64,000 nucleotides of DNA, from the NCBI RefSeq assembly GCF_001194135.2, contig NC_068989.1, forward strand, positions 15,752,595 through 15,816,594, given 5' to 3'. This DNA is from Octopus bimaculoides (taxonomy: Eukaryota). The notes under the pieces were generated by a model. The model ran no database searches. It saw only the letters and a program-made list of their open reading frames with translations, and had not been told where the DNA came from. Within the stretch, counting starts at the first letter, position 1, and every line of letters begins with the position of its first letter. The position numbers and the translations under genes were made by a program. Shown in pieces: positions 40,661 to 54,221 of this stretch.

Positions 40661-41747
40661 TATACTTAAACAAACTTAGCAATGCATAACAACGCAGCTT
40701 CGGATCATGCTCTCTTCATGTTAGCATTTGTAAACAATTCCTGCCTTTTTGTTTCATTTTTGTTGCCTTATTAATTTATTCTGTTTTGGTTATTCTTCTC
40801 TCGTTCTTAATTTTTCCACCTATTATTTTTTTTAATTTTCTCTTTCCAATATACCATAAAATTTCCTCCTACATATTCTAAAATCCCAAAAAGGCATCGC
40901 ATACACTTATATCAAACAACTCCTTAATGCACAGCTCATAGCCTCATAGCCTCGTAGCCCCTCACCTCTGCAACTACATCAGCAATTTACAAACCTCCTT
41001 ACTCTTTCATATTTTTCCCTTACAAATATAAATTTCTTTATTTATTTCTCTCTCCTTCTCTCTCTCTCTATCTGTCTCTCACAGCCATTTCCATCTACTC
41101 GAACTATGCACCATTAACCATTCTCTGCTTTTGGTACTTCAACTTCCTAACCTTCCCTATTTTTCTCTCTTCCCTTCCTTATCATTTCCCAGTTTTATAG
41201 CTTTCTCTTCGACTTGCAACAATCTAGATATTTTCTTTCTTTCATTTTCAAATATCTATTCTAAAGCTATGCGTTTCATACTTTTGCAATGATTTCTATG
41301 TTTTTATCGGTATCTTTATGCGCTGCTTATTATATGTGTTTTACAAAGTATGGAATCATGTTCGTACAGCTTATATACATCTGTGCTTCCATGTACCTGC
41401 CTGTACCGGTATGTATTTGTAGCATGTGCGCATTTAGGTGCTAGTATAAGTATTTATGCAGCAGTTTGCATCATCGTAATATTGATATGATTCTTTAAAA
41501 TTCTGTGCATCATCGGATGCTGTAAGAATTAAAAAGCATGTCGTTAATTAATTTCCTAATGATTTTTAAGGGTTGTTTAAATGAAAGAAATGAAATTTTA
41601 GTGTGTTGAGTTGCATGTATTTATCTCTTTCCATCTCTCTCTATCTCTCTTTCTTTCTCTCTCTCTCTATCTATCTATCTATGTATCTATCTATCTATTT
41701 ATCTACCTATTTGTGTATATACATATATATACCCATATATATAGATA

Positions 41748-41784
<37 letters not shown>

Positions 41785-42194
41785 NNNNNNNNNNNNNNNN
41801 NNNNNNNNNNNNNNNNNNNNNNNNNNNNNNNNNNNNNNNNNNNNNNNNNNNNNNNNNNNNNNNNNNNNNNNNNNNNNNNNNNNNNNNNNNNNNNNNNNNN
41901 NNNNNNNNNNNNNNNNNNNNNNNNNNNNNNNNNNNNNNNNNNNNNNNNNNNNNNNNNNNNNNNNNNNNNNNNNNNNNNNNNNNNNNNNNNNNNNNNNNNN
42001 NNNNNNNNNNNNNNNNNNNNNNNNNNNNNNNNNNNNNNNNNNNNNNNNNNNNNNNNNNNNNNNNNNNNNNNNNNNNNNNNNNNNNNNNNNNNNNNNNNNN
42101 NNNNNNNNNNNNNNNNNNNNNNNNNNNNNNNNNNNNNNNNNNNNNNNNNNNNNNNNNNNNNNNNNNNNNNNNNNNNNNNNNNNNTATATATAGG

Positions 42195-42414
42195 TGTGTG
42201 TGTATTTTTGCGTCTGTGTTTATCCTCTTACCATCACTTGACAACTGGTGTTCGTGTGTTTAGGTCCCCATAATTTAACGGTTCGTCAAAAGAGACCGTC
42301 AGTATAAGTACTAGGCTTACAAAGAACAAGTCCTGGAGTCGATTTGTACGACTAAAGGCGGTGCTCTACCATGGCCCCAGTCAAATGACTGAAACATGTA
42401 AAAGAATAAAAGAA
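42195..42414 (+). mobile_element. 3' half of the second-family SINE
   Basis: Aligns to 39975-40124 and continues to the AAAAGAATAAAAGA tail; the 5' half is lost in a gap. Confidence 0.8.
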
Positions 42415-42429
42415 AAGCTTGCAGAAAAC

Positions 42430-44330
42430 TACTTAGGTTAAGAGATCAGATTTTTTAGAGGAGATAAAGATGATGAAACTCTAATTTAACACAAAAGTGA
42501 ATTCTACTTCAAATGCGAAAGAAATACAGCTCTTGATGAATTCTACGAACATATTTCAAACTTTTTTATAGAGAAAAGTAAAACTTACCAAGTGAATTCT
42601 ATTTTAATAGACAACAGTGATCCACCTCACACATTTAGAAATTTAGGAAATTGTAATCATCAAGAAAGCTGACAAAGAATGTCCTGTTGTTATCTGTGGA
42701 AACTATGAAACTACCCAGTTTTTTTACTGCACCCATACCAAAATTCCTTAACCGATATAGGACTGTATTACCATCCAAAATTGAAATATAGAACAATTAA
42801 CTTCTATGGGTTATCTAAAATGATTTTAAACTAATTGATTAATGGAACATGTGAAAGAGAAAGACGAATTGTGCGAACATACCCTCACTGTCGCATTTAA
42901 AATTGAGATCCATTATAGCAGGTCCGTCTTGTGAAACATCACTGAAGTAACTTCCTAGACATTTTGCGAAAGCCATTTCTCAACCATTTCAAGAGATCTT
43001 ATACGAGAAGCTCTTGATATACTCAACTATCTTCTTAATTTAGGAAATGAAGATACCTAATGCAGTCACATCTGATATTGGAAACATTCCACACAATTAT
43101 GCAATGGAAGCTATTAAATACCGGCTCACTAATTTTCTTATGCAAAACCAGAACATATACATACAAAGTTTATAGTAGATAGTCTCCAGGACGTTTATGA
43201 AAAGAACTACTTTATGTTCGCAAACACAGCATAAGACAAAAGTCAAGGACAGCCATGGGAGCTACAGTTACGCTAACATATGCCAACATATTCATAGGAT
43301 GCCTTGAAATGAAAATCTATAACAAATCTTCAGAAATGTTTGGAGATTAATTCAGTTGCTATTTGAAAGAAAACTATAAGAGATTTCTAGGTGAGTATTT
43401 CATTGTATTGAAGAAAAATATTGACAAATTCCACCAATTTCAAAATCTCATCAACTACATAAACCTTCATATTCAATTCACGATGGCGTTTGATAGCGAT
43501 AAAATCAGACATATATTTTGAATTGAGATATATTTTAAGCCCACCTACTCATAACAATATTTCCTTATATTATGTCACTTGAAACACACTCGAAGTAACA
43601 TTCCATTAAACATAGCAAAACGATTTTACACGCTTGTCTCAAATTACAAAGCAAGAAACCAAAGACTAGAAGAAATAAAGAAAAAAAATAAAATCCTATA
43701 AGGCTTATTACTCTTGAATTCAGAAATAAAAACAAATTTATGTCCGAGAATATCAAAAGAAAAGAAAGACATTATACCATAGATTTCAACATTCAACCCA
43801 AAGAACGCTGAAATTTTCACCAACATTTGTATAAATCTACCAATACTATTACAGAAAGAAAAATTGAAAAACGTCCAAGAAAAAATTCCAGTTATACAAA
43901 GTAAGAGATAAGTGAAATCACTAAAAATGATTTTGACTAATGCAAAACTACATATACTAAATACTGACCCTAAAGCCAGAAAATGCTGTCAACCAAACTT
44001 TGGAGTATGTAGCCATCTATTTGAAGGCCCCGAATTCCGTTTTAAAGATGATCCTTGCTGACAATTTGATATACATTATGACATGAAAGTTACCGTGAGC
44101 ACTACATTCGAAGTAACGGTATGACAATCAAGAAAAGAATGACGGTACGTCACCAACAAATAGGGGAAACCATATTATAAGGAAAATTTGCCTCATATAG
44201 AAAATTATTGGGGACAAATCTTACCAAACTACTCAGTCTTTCAATTGTATAAGTGTAATTACTCGACGAATAACAAAGGAAAATATATTTATATTTTATT
44301 AACAAATACAAACCAAAACTTAATGCGTTA
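42430..44330 (+). mobile_element. Long decayed Penelope-like element (RT + GIY-YIG), distinct lineage
   Basis: IKKADK, LRSIIAGPSCET, IPHNYAMEAIKY, YEKNYFMF, GTAMGA...TYANIFIGCLE, NLHIQFT, NIPLN.AKR, then NLIYIMT...HYIRSNGMTIKKRMTV.HQQI. Confidence 0.8.
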
Positions 44331-45056
44331 GCACACAACACTGACTATATTCCGGTAGTCTTAAAAGAAACTGAGTTGACTCTTTTGGGGTAAAATAAAC
44401 TTCTTATCTTTTAAAACAGAAAATCAATTACTTTATGCTTTTACTGATATGTATATTAAACATACTTTCTATCCGTATATAGAAAAACATTGTTTCTGAA
44501 ACTAATAGCCAACTTAATAACCCTTTTCAAAAGAACACAAAATAATAACCTTTATCAAAAGAACATAAGTGACATAAAACACACAAAATAACAGTTGTTT
44601 TAAAATAATGAGTGACATTTCCATTTAAAACAATGTGTTTCTTCCGCTGCTTGAGGTAAAAATGTATATAAAAATTGCATAGAAAAACATACTTTAAACT
44701 TTGAGGGCTAACAACAGTGTACACTTGTTATTTAAAATTTCTTTGGTTTAAGCAAACACTAATATTTATTCAGTACACGTTTCTATATGAAAACTTGTTA
44801 GAAAAATGTGACTTTTTTTTCTTGTGTGTAAAACTAACTTTATGAAAATAAGCACTTGTATGTTTAAATGTTATATGTGAAAATATAAATTTGTATCTAT
44901 ATATATCTATATATCATAAAATGAGAGTACATTTAAACACACAAGAGGTGCCTTGATTGGACACCTAGCATACTAGAAGGACAAATCAAAATCCAAACCA
45001 CAGTTAGGGGTAATTTCGAAGGGAATGAAAAATATAAACATTTACCATATTTTGTT

Positions 45057-45124
45057 GCCGGACCATGATTTCGAACTTTAATAGGAAATAAAATAACTTG
45101 CTAGGCGAAGTTCTCATCAGCGAG
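45057..45124 (-). ncRNA. Type I hammerhead ribozyme candidate
   Basis: Minus strand CTCG-CTGATGA-GAACTT-(29 nt)-AAGTTC-GAAA-T-CATG-G-TC-CGGC: perfect 6-bp stem II, GUC triplet, weak 3-bp stem I, U.G pair in stem III. Confidence 0.65.
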
Positions 45125-46031
45125 TTCGCCAAAGATTAAGATATAATTATGAGGCAGAATAGCACATGTCTCATGTTTATATATTATAATTTTTCAAATC
45201 CACCGCGCAAGCGCAGTTTTTGTTGGCAGCAAATATAAATGTTGACTTACTTCAAAATTACTAAAATCATATTAGGAAAAATATACAGGGTAGGAAAAAA
45301 ACTAGAGAAAATTTTTCTACCAGTGACCTAGCAAGCAGAAATTAGTCTTGAAGAAACACTCCGAATACGTTTCATCGCATATGCACAAGATTTTTTTTTT
45401 TAATATACACGCATGTTTGACACGAACCGTTAATAAGTATATTGGTCTCATATTTGTTATGCACAAATCTCCATGTATTATCCAGCCCCGTTAGAGTTGT
45501 CTTAATATTTCATCTACCTTTCCCTTATTCTACTATGTCTATATAAGCTCTCATGATTCAGTATTTGGCTATGCCCTCTACTTTTATTATGTATAACGTT
45601 AATGTATTAAGTATGGTAGAGCAACTCTCTTCATTAGTTACTCAGGCTTCATGTAATTCAGTTTTATGCTGGGCTTTTATAGCTGCTGCAAATGCATCAT
45701 TTACTCACAAAATTGAATTCTACATCTTGTCCTATCCTTTCCCAGGTTCAGTTAATTAAGAATATTATTACCCTGGCACTCGCTCCATACTTTGAAATGA
45801 CTAAACATGAACTACTATTGGAACTTACATAGTATGTACAGGAAACTTTTTATCACTTCTATACACCACTTTCCTTGAATAATGGAACTGCAACTACAAT
45901 AGCTTTATATATTTTATATTTTATTTCTACTTTCATTTTCTTATTTCCTTCTATATTTCCTATCTCCTCCTTTCCATAATAATTCCTTATTTCGAAATCA
46001 AATATTTACCTCTATTTAACCACCTCGCATC

Positions 46032-46070
46032 GTCTCTGATGAAGGGATATCCCAGAAACAGCTGTAAGAC
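46032..46070 (+). ncRNA. Minimal type I hammerhead ribozyme candidate
   Basis: GTCT-CTGATGA-A-GGGATATCCC-A-GAAA-C-AGCT-G-TA-AGAC: 4-bp stem I, palindromic stem II with an A.A base, GUA triplet. Confidence 0.7.
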
Positions 46071-46142
46071 TATATCCATATCTTTTTCCTTATAAATGTC
46101 CTGAAAACTCCTCACAGCCTTGGCTTTGTTATCTCATTTTGT

Positions 46143-46264
<122 letters not shown>

Positions 46265-46359
46265 TGTGTGTGTATTTTTTATTCTTTTATATGGTGGCTG
46301 TAGTCATGCTGGAGCACCACCATGATCTTTTCACTCTTTATTTTTTGTACCCTCTCTAC

Positions 46360-47540
46360 AATCCTTCCGTGGTTCCTCTCTTCCAACTAATGCGATCCCA
46401 CCAAAATTGTCGATGGCCCATATGGTGTAAGAGGGAATTTGACACTGCTGCCCTGAACTGTGCCTCATGTTGAGCCATTGTTTCGTCTGATATTGTCGAT
46501 AGGAGAGTGTACAGTTTCTTTTTGGAAAAATTCCACATATATATCATGTAAGTTTCTCAATTGTTTTGGCAGAGCATTGAAGAGCTGTGGTCCTTTGAAC
46601 CCTAGGCTATTGCAGTACCTGGTTCTTATATTAAACGCATTGGACGGTACCTTCGGTACTGGGCAGTGGCGTCCAGTACGAGTGTTCATATAACACTTGC
46701 TGCCAAAACTGGGTACCAACCCTTCCAGTATTTTCCACATGTAAATTATTACATATCTCTCACGTCTGCTCTCTAAGGAGTAGAGTCGTAGTTCTTTTAG
46801 CCTCTCCTTGTAGTTCATGTGTTGGTCTGCAGCAATCTTTTCAGTGTGGTGACGCTGGATTGCTTCAAGCTCCGTTGTTAGGTTGACACTGTGTGGTGAG
46901 TACAGCTGAGAGCAGTAGTCTAGGTGACAGGACAAAGGTCTTCCATAGAGTCAACATGACTTCCTGATCTCTTGTCCTAAATGTCCTTAGTATCCCTCCC
47001 GCCAGTTGTCTGCACTTTGATGCCAACTTGGTAATGTGTATGTGGAATGATGCATCATTACACATACTGATGCCCAGGTCTCTCACTGTCTGTGACTCTG
47101 GGATTGCAGTACCTCCGGGTCCTGTAAATGCCGGTTGTGGAGCATTTGTGATCTTATAGCGCAGTGCTTGAAATTTTTCAGCATTAAATTGCATATTGTT
47201 TTGCTCTGCCCATTTGTATATGGCAAGTAGGTCGTTCTGCAGTTTACGACATCATTAGGATACTTTATTGCCTGTAATAATTTTGTATCATCGGCGTAGC
47301 TAGTGAAAATGGCTGTCTGAATGACTGTGGGCATGTCTAAGAGGGCTATTATAAACAGTAAAGACCCTAAGACACTTTCATCAGGGAAATCGCTCGAAAT
47401 TTGTGTTTCCTTAGAGAGTGTATCATTGGCTGCAAAAGTCTGACTTCGATTGTTTAGGAAGCCATGCAACCATTCTCCTAGTTTACCAACTATACCAAGG
47501 TTTCGCAACTTGTGACATATCATGCCATGATCAAATTTGT
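46360..47540 (-). mobile_element. CR1-clade LINE, 5'-truncated RT + 3' end
   Basis: [96 protein letters not shown]. Confidence 0.9.
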
Positions 47541-48383
47541 CGGTCATATATATGGATATTTTTCCGTCTATATATATATATATGTGCATATATATATATA
47601 TGCATATATATGTATACTCATATATATATTTATATATACACACAGATATATAATATATATATATATAATGCACACACACACATATATACATATACATACA
47701 TACATATATATACATATATACATATATAAATATATATATATATANNNNNNNNNNNNNNNNNNNNNNNNNNNNNNNNNNNNNNNNNNNNNNNNNNNNNNNN
47801 NNNNNNNNNNNNNNNNNNNNNNNNNNNNNNNNNNTATATATACCATGCCCGTACGACATCTAATTTTGTACATTCTGTTTAAATGGCAAGCCAGAATATC
47901 ATGGTTTGATGTTAATCATTTAGAGTAGTCTTTCGGTGATAAATGTGAAATGATTAACCGTTTTGGATTTCGATACCTCGATCCTCAGTCAATTACAAAA
48001 GAATGTGTATGTATGTATGTATGTATGTATGTATGTATGTATGTATGTATCTGGGTGTGGGAATTGGTGAGTGATTATTTCTGTGATTGTATACTTGTGT
48101 GCCTTGATTAGTGAGGTTTTAGAAGTCAGAAATACAGCTATAGAAGAATAATTAGAATGATAAATAGATAGCTAGAAAGAGGGATAAATAGATGGATATA
48201 ATATATAGATCTAAATATGTTGCTTGTATGAGTGTGTGTGGTAGCGTGCGTATGTACGTATGCATACACAAGAACTCATTCATATACATACATACGCAGA
48301 CACAGACACACACACGCACACGCACAAACAAATATGCTAGTTCTAACATCACACTAAGAGATAAACGCAATAGTTATACCAAC

Positions 48384-48643
48384 AAGTAATGTTCGTAGCC
48401 GCTTCAATTTGGCTGTCCGTTCGCACGGACTTTACTGCGATTTTATAACCCCAAGAGGACATCTCTTGTAGCTGGTTAACGATGCACAGCTGCAACCGAG
48501 ATATTGTAAGTTCCCCTGCTCGCAATATCGAATGCAGCCGTGCATCGTTAAACAGCTATAATACATATCGTCTTGGGGTTAAAAAGTCGCAGTGAAGTCC
48601 GTTCCAACGGACAACCACGTTGAAGTGGCTACGAACATTACTT
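48384..48643. mobile_element. 260-bp near-complete palindrome (hairpin MITE-like)
   Basis: AAGTAATGTTCGTAGCCGCTTCAA... pairs with ...TTGAAGTGGCTACGAACATTACTT along its whole length, leaving a loop of only ~8 nt near 48507-48514. Confidence 0.8.
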
Positions 48644-49664
48644 ATATATATATATATATATATATNNNNNNNNNNNNNNNNNNNNNNNNNNNNNNNNNNN
48701 NNNNNNNNNNNNNNNNNNNNNNNNNNNNNNNNNNNNNNNNNNNNNNNNNNNNNNNNNNNNNNNNNNNNNNNNNNNNNNNNNNNNNNNNNNNNNNNNNNNN
48801 NNNNNNNNNNNNNNNNNNNNNNNNNNNNNNNNNNNNNNNNNNNNNNNNNNNNNNNNNNNNNNNNNNNNNNNNNNNNNNNNNNNNNNNNNNNNNNNNNNNN
48901 NNNNNNNNNNNNNNNNNNNNNNNNNNNNNNNNNNNNNNNNNNNNNNNNNNNNNNNNNNNNNNNNNNNNNNNNNNNNNNNNNNNNNNNNNNNNNNNNNNNN
49001 NNNNNNNNNNNNNNNNNNNNNNNNNNNNNNNNNNNNNNNNNNNNNNNNNNNNNNNNNNNNNNNNNNNNNNNNNNNNNNNNNNNNNNNNNNNNNNNNNNNN
49101 NNNNNNNNNNNNNNNNNNNNNNNNNNNNNNNNNNNNNNNNNNNNNNNNNNNNNNNNNNNNNNNNNNNNNNNNNNNNNNNNNNNNNNNNNNNNNNNNNNNN
49201 NNNNNNNNNNNNNNNNNNNNNNNNNNNNNNNNNNNNNNNNNNNNNNNNNNNNNNNNNNNNNNNNNNNNNNNNNNNNNNNNNNNNNNNNNNNNNNNNNNNN
49301 NNNNNNNNNNNNNNNNNNNNNNNNNNNNNNNNNNNNNNNNNNNNNNNNNNNNNNNNNNNNNNNNNNNNNNNNNNNNNNNNNNNNNNNNNNNNNNNNNNNN
49401 NNNNNNNNNNNNNNNNNNNNNNNNNNNNNNNNNNNNNNNNNNNNNNNNNNNNNNNNNNNNNNNNNNNNNNNNNNNNNNNNNNNNNNNNNNNNNNNNNNNN
49501 NNNNNNNNNNNNNNNNNNNNNNNNNNNNNNNNNNNNNNNNNNNNNNNNNNNNNNNNNNNNNNNNNNNNAGAGCGAAGACAGAAATCTAGGCGAAGTCGAT
49601 GGATTACTGTTGTTGTTACAATTGCGATGGTAGAGATCGTAACGATAGTGTTGTTAATGGAAAT

Positions 49665-49825
<161 letters not shown>

Positions 49826-51009
49826 GATAAGAGAGCAAGATGTTAGAGAGGGAAAGGGCTAGAGTATAGAGGCATGTGTGTTTGTGCGCGAAATTGTCCC
49901 CATGTGTGTGCGTGTGTTTTCGGACACAATGTAATGGATGGCGGAGGTAGTAAAAGAAAAGCTGGGCAAGATTTCACTGGAAGAATTGAAGGATCGGTCG
50001 GAAATAATGTACATACATGAACAAATGAACAAACGAACAAATGAATGGTTTTATATATACATGCACACGCATGTATATACTTACATAAACGCACATCTGT
50101 ATATATATATATCCACTAATATGTGTATAATAATATGTGATATATATACATACACACANNNNNNNNNNNNNNNNNNATAATCTGTAATTATCAGTTGCAA
50201 ACTCAAGCTTACTTTCTAACCTTCCATACATTATCAGATGGTAAATTGAAAGCCATTCATTGTAATATTCTGGCATTACCTTAATTATTACTCAGTCGCT
50301 GGCTTGGAATTACTCTCACTGGTTGAATTATTGTAGTTTTATATGGTAATGAATTGAGCGAGATGTTCCTGGGCATCTAGCTAATACAATAGCACACACT
50401 TCCCATGTCTTACAGTAGCATCATTTTTTTTTTGTTTTTATTTGTGTGCTTGTCTTTCTTTACACTGCTCTATCAAAACGCAATGGCTGAAGGATCTTAA
50501 GTTCAAACTTCATGTCTCCTGCTGGCATTTTTTATCTTATTATATTTCTTGGTTGGACATCTTTTTCTACAATAAGACCAAGCAGACAAAGCTAGTCGGA
50601 CCAAGTTACACAGAAAAATCTTCGTGAAATCGCATCCTATCCTTTGGAGAAAGAAAGAATAAACTTGATAATATAGTGCTACACTTTATGATAATTTAGT
50701 CAGAGAAGTTGACATCGAATTGGCAAAGTCGTTAAAATGAAGAATTTATAGAACTTCGGACAGGATACCTTACCTGCTCCGACTTTGCACACTAGCAGCA
50801 ATGCTGGGGACAAGGATGTTGTTACCCAGGTGTAATGGTCATTGCTTTTTTTTCCCATTGGCAATATCCATGGCGTGCAAATGGAAGACTTCCACACAAA
50901 TAAGAATAAAACATTATACAGGCCTGCACCTTGGGAAAGAACTTTCTGGCTACAGATCCATAATCTTATAATATATATACCGAGGTGTCCTTATATATTG
51001 GTTTTAAGT

Positions 51010-51215
51010 TTTGGCGCAAGGACAGCAAGTTCGAGTAGTGGGTAAGTCGATTACATCGATCCCTGTGCTCAACTGTTACTTATGTTACCGACCCTCGAAA
51101 GGAATGAAAGGCAAATTCGACCTCAGTGGAATTTGAACTCAGAACATAAAGACGGACATAATGCCGCTATGCATTTTGCCCAGCGCACTAACAATTCTGC
51201 CAGCTCGCCGCCTTA
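51010..51215 (-). mobile_element. Meta-type SINE, near full length
   Basis: Reverse complement starts TAAGGCGGCGAGCTGGCAGAATTGTTAG and contains the central domain. A second head fragment lies at ~51390-51462. Confidence 0.85.
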
Positions 51216-51864
51216 GGAGCGTCCTTGATATTGAGATGAAGTGCAGTGCGCGTCAATTCTTACATGTCTCCGAGAAATATACTATGAATTGTATTACTAC
51301 AGTAAGTACAAAGCATCTGGATAATGAATTATTTTCAGGCTTCAGAAATTGTCTAGTTACCTGCAACATAACTGATTCCACTAAACTCCGACGTAAAGGG
51401 TCGGAAGAAATACCGCAAAGTATTTTGCTCGGCGCGGTATCAATTCTGACAGCTCGCCGCAATATAAGACATAATATACAATATGTTATGCGCATGCGCG
51501 CGCGCACACACACACACACACATACATATGTACGTATATTCATTTATTCACGTGTGGGTGTTATTTCCTTCAGCTGTGTTTTCTCCAGCAATCTTTCATC
51601 TTTTCAATGAAATTCCCTGTTTAGCGTCTCCTTTACTTTCTCTCCAAACCATTATATTATCTTTGAGAGGAACACAAACATTCACATGCAAACGCGCTCA
51701 AACACACACACACACGTACTCTCTCTCTCACATCCCCTCACACACACACACACACCCTCACACACATACACCCTCACACACACACACACACCCTCACACA
51801 CACACACACCCTCACACACACACACACCCTCACACACACACACACCCTCACACACACACACACC

Positions 51865-51916
<52 letters not shown>

Positions 51917-52824
51917 CCCTGATTTCTTCTCCCACGTTCCGCTTTCTTTATGTTAATACTATTATCAACATCACTTTAAAATTCTCTTCTTTCAGCAGAA
52001 AAGACATAGCAACAACAACCGCTACAACAATATTAAAATCCACATAGCTTTAGTTTCAATAGTCTCTTTCCCTATCCAACACAAACTTATCTAAATAACA
52101 TTTTCCCCTTGTCCAGTCATCACACACGCTACTGTGTAATTACTACAATCTCTCCAACTTCTTTAAGATTTTACACAGTACTAACATTTCCTATTTTTCG
52201 CAATCATTTTGTCTTCTGCGCTCCTTCAGACGTAAACATAATAGTTTCATGTATAAGACATTTCGATAACGGAACATACATATGCATGTTATCTGATCGA
52301 AAAGAGCCATGAACGAAACCATTTCTGTCGTAAACATACAATCCTTATTGAAGATTTATGGAACTACTTTACGTAATATAGTCACAGAAAACGTAATATG
52401 TCCTTTCCCCCTTTTTAAGAATACTGCTCTGTCCATCAGGGATTGCTTTGCGTAATGCAACGGAAATTTAATATAAGCTTTTGGTTTATGGATCTTAGAT
52501 CAACGTAAAATGTTATGAAGATCATTCAGAGGCGGTGTTGTAATGTTATTATCAGCTTTATAGTGACATATTCTTAAATCCATCCGGACGTTAGAGTAGC
52601 ACTCAATATTTCTTCTTCAGCCTTCAATTCAAGGAAAGCAGAATCTGAGTTTTTGCTGTTGTTGTTGTTGTTGTCGTTAATGTTGTTATTCTTGTTTAGC
52701 AACAAGTAAGCACGAATTGAGCGGACCTAAAAATCAAAGGACAATGCTGCTTTGTTTTCAGGCACGGCGCATGCATAATCAGATTTTTTAAAATTTCTGT
52801 CTGTGCTTCTTTGTCTGTCTGTCA

Positions 52825-52915
<91 letters not shown>

Positions 52916-53262
52916 AGTTCACACACACACACACATACACACACGTGTGTGTGTGTGTGTGTGTATGTCATTATTCAGTTTTATTGCAAGGTTCCTTAGA
53001 GAAAAAGAGAAAAAGAAAAATAGAGAAAAAGCCGGTTGCTAACCTAGAGCCAAGGCTCTTTCATTGGAATTTCAATAATATCAACAGGGTATTTTTGCAT
53101 GCATATATGTACACAGACATGCAGGAAGTAAATAGACACCTTTAATTTTTCAAAATTTCTGACCTAAGCGTCTTAATATGTTTTCAGCGGTGTAGAATTT
53201 ACAATGTAATTATTCTTTTTCATTCCAGGTGACATTATATCGAAAATTTGCGAAGAGTAACC

Positions 53263-53644
53263 ATGCCACGCACAAAAAAATTCAGCAGAACTGTCAGATT
53301 TTCAAAGAGGTCATATTTTTGGCCAATCTGAGGCTGGTCTTAGCTTGTGTAAAATTGCCGAAAACCTTCAAATTCCTCTTGCTACTGTTAATAGAATTAT
53401 AGTGCAATTCAAAATCCAAGGAAAAGAATCAACAGATTCTCGTCCCGGCCAGCCTGGGCCCTCGGAAAGGAAGCTTCGCTGTTTGAATAGAATTGTGGAA
53501 AACGAACCCCGTTCGAAGGCTTCTGACATTGCAAAACAGCTAGAAGTTAGTCCAAGAACGTATGTTACATATCTGCATAAACTTGGATTTTATGTGCGAG
53601 CAGCTAAAAGAAAACCTCTCCTTCAACCAATTAATATCAAATAA
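53263..53644 (+). mobile_element. Tc1-like transposase N-terminal (paired-like HTH) remnant
   Basis: MPRTKK/SAELSDFQRGHIFG..EAGLS..KIAENLQIPLATVNRIIVQFK...RPG.P..SERKLR.LNRIV....R....DIAKQL...LHKLGF..R.A.RKPLL. The catalytic domain is missing. Confidence 0.85.
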
Positions 53645-53792
53645 AAGATCTTGAAAATTAAAGTCGTCTATTTACTTACCGCGTGTTTGTGAATGTGTGC
53701 AGTATTTGCAGTCAGTGAATGTACAAATTTGTATGTTTTATTTTATGTATGTAGTCCCATGCATATATTTGCGTGTCTAATGAATGTGTGTA

Positions 53793-53850
<58 letters not shown>

Positions 53851-53860
53851 NNNNNNNNNN

Positions 53861-53910
<50 letters not shown>

Positions 53911-54015
53911 ATTATCTGATAAAGAATTATCCAAAATTCTGGCTGCCACCTTTTTCTCAAAATACAATATCTGTACACCACATCAAACACTCTATACATA
54001 CATGCATACATACAC

Positions 54016-54059
<44 letters not shown>

Positions 54060-54130
54060 TCACACACACGATTTTATACGTAGGTTTATCGGCACATACA
54101 TATGCATAAATACGTATATGTGTGTGTATG

Positions 54131-54163
<33 letters not shown>

Positions 54164-54172
54164 TCATATATT

Positions 54173-54221
<49 letters not shown>

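Noticed and set aside
47950-47995. Minus-strand CTGAGGA...GAAA
   Set aside because: Stem II does not close at positions 10.1/11.1, and stem I does not pair.
51735-51870. CCCT-punctuated (CA)n array with ~16-20 bp periodicity, CRISPR-like at a glance
   Set aside because: No unique spacers; it is a compound microsatellite in a eukaryotic genome.
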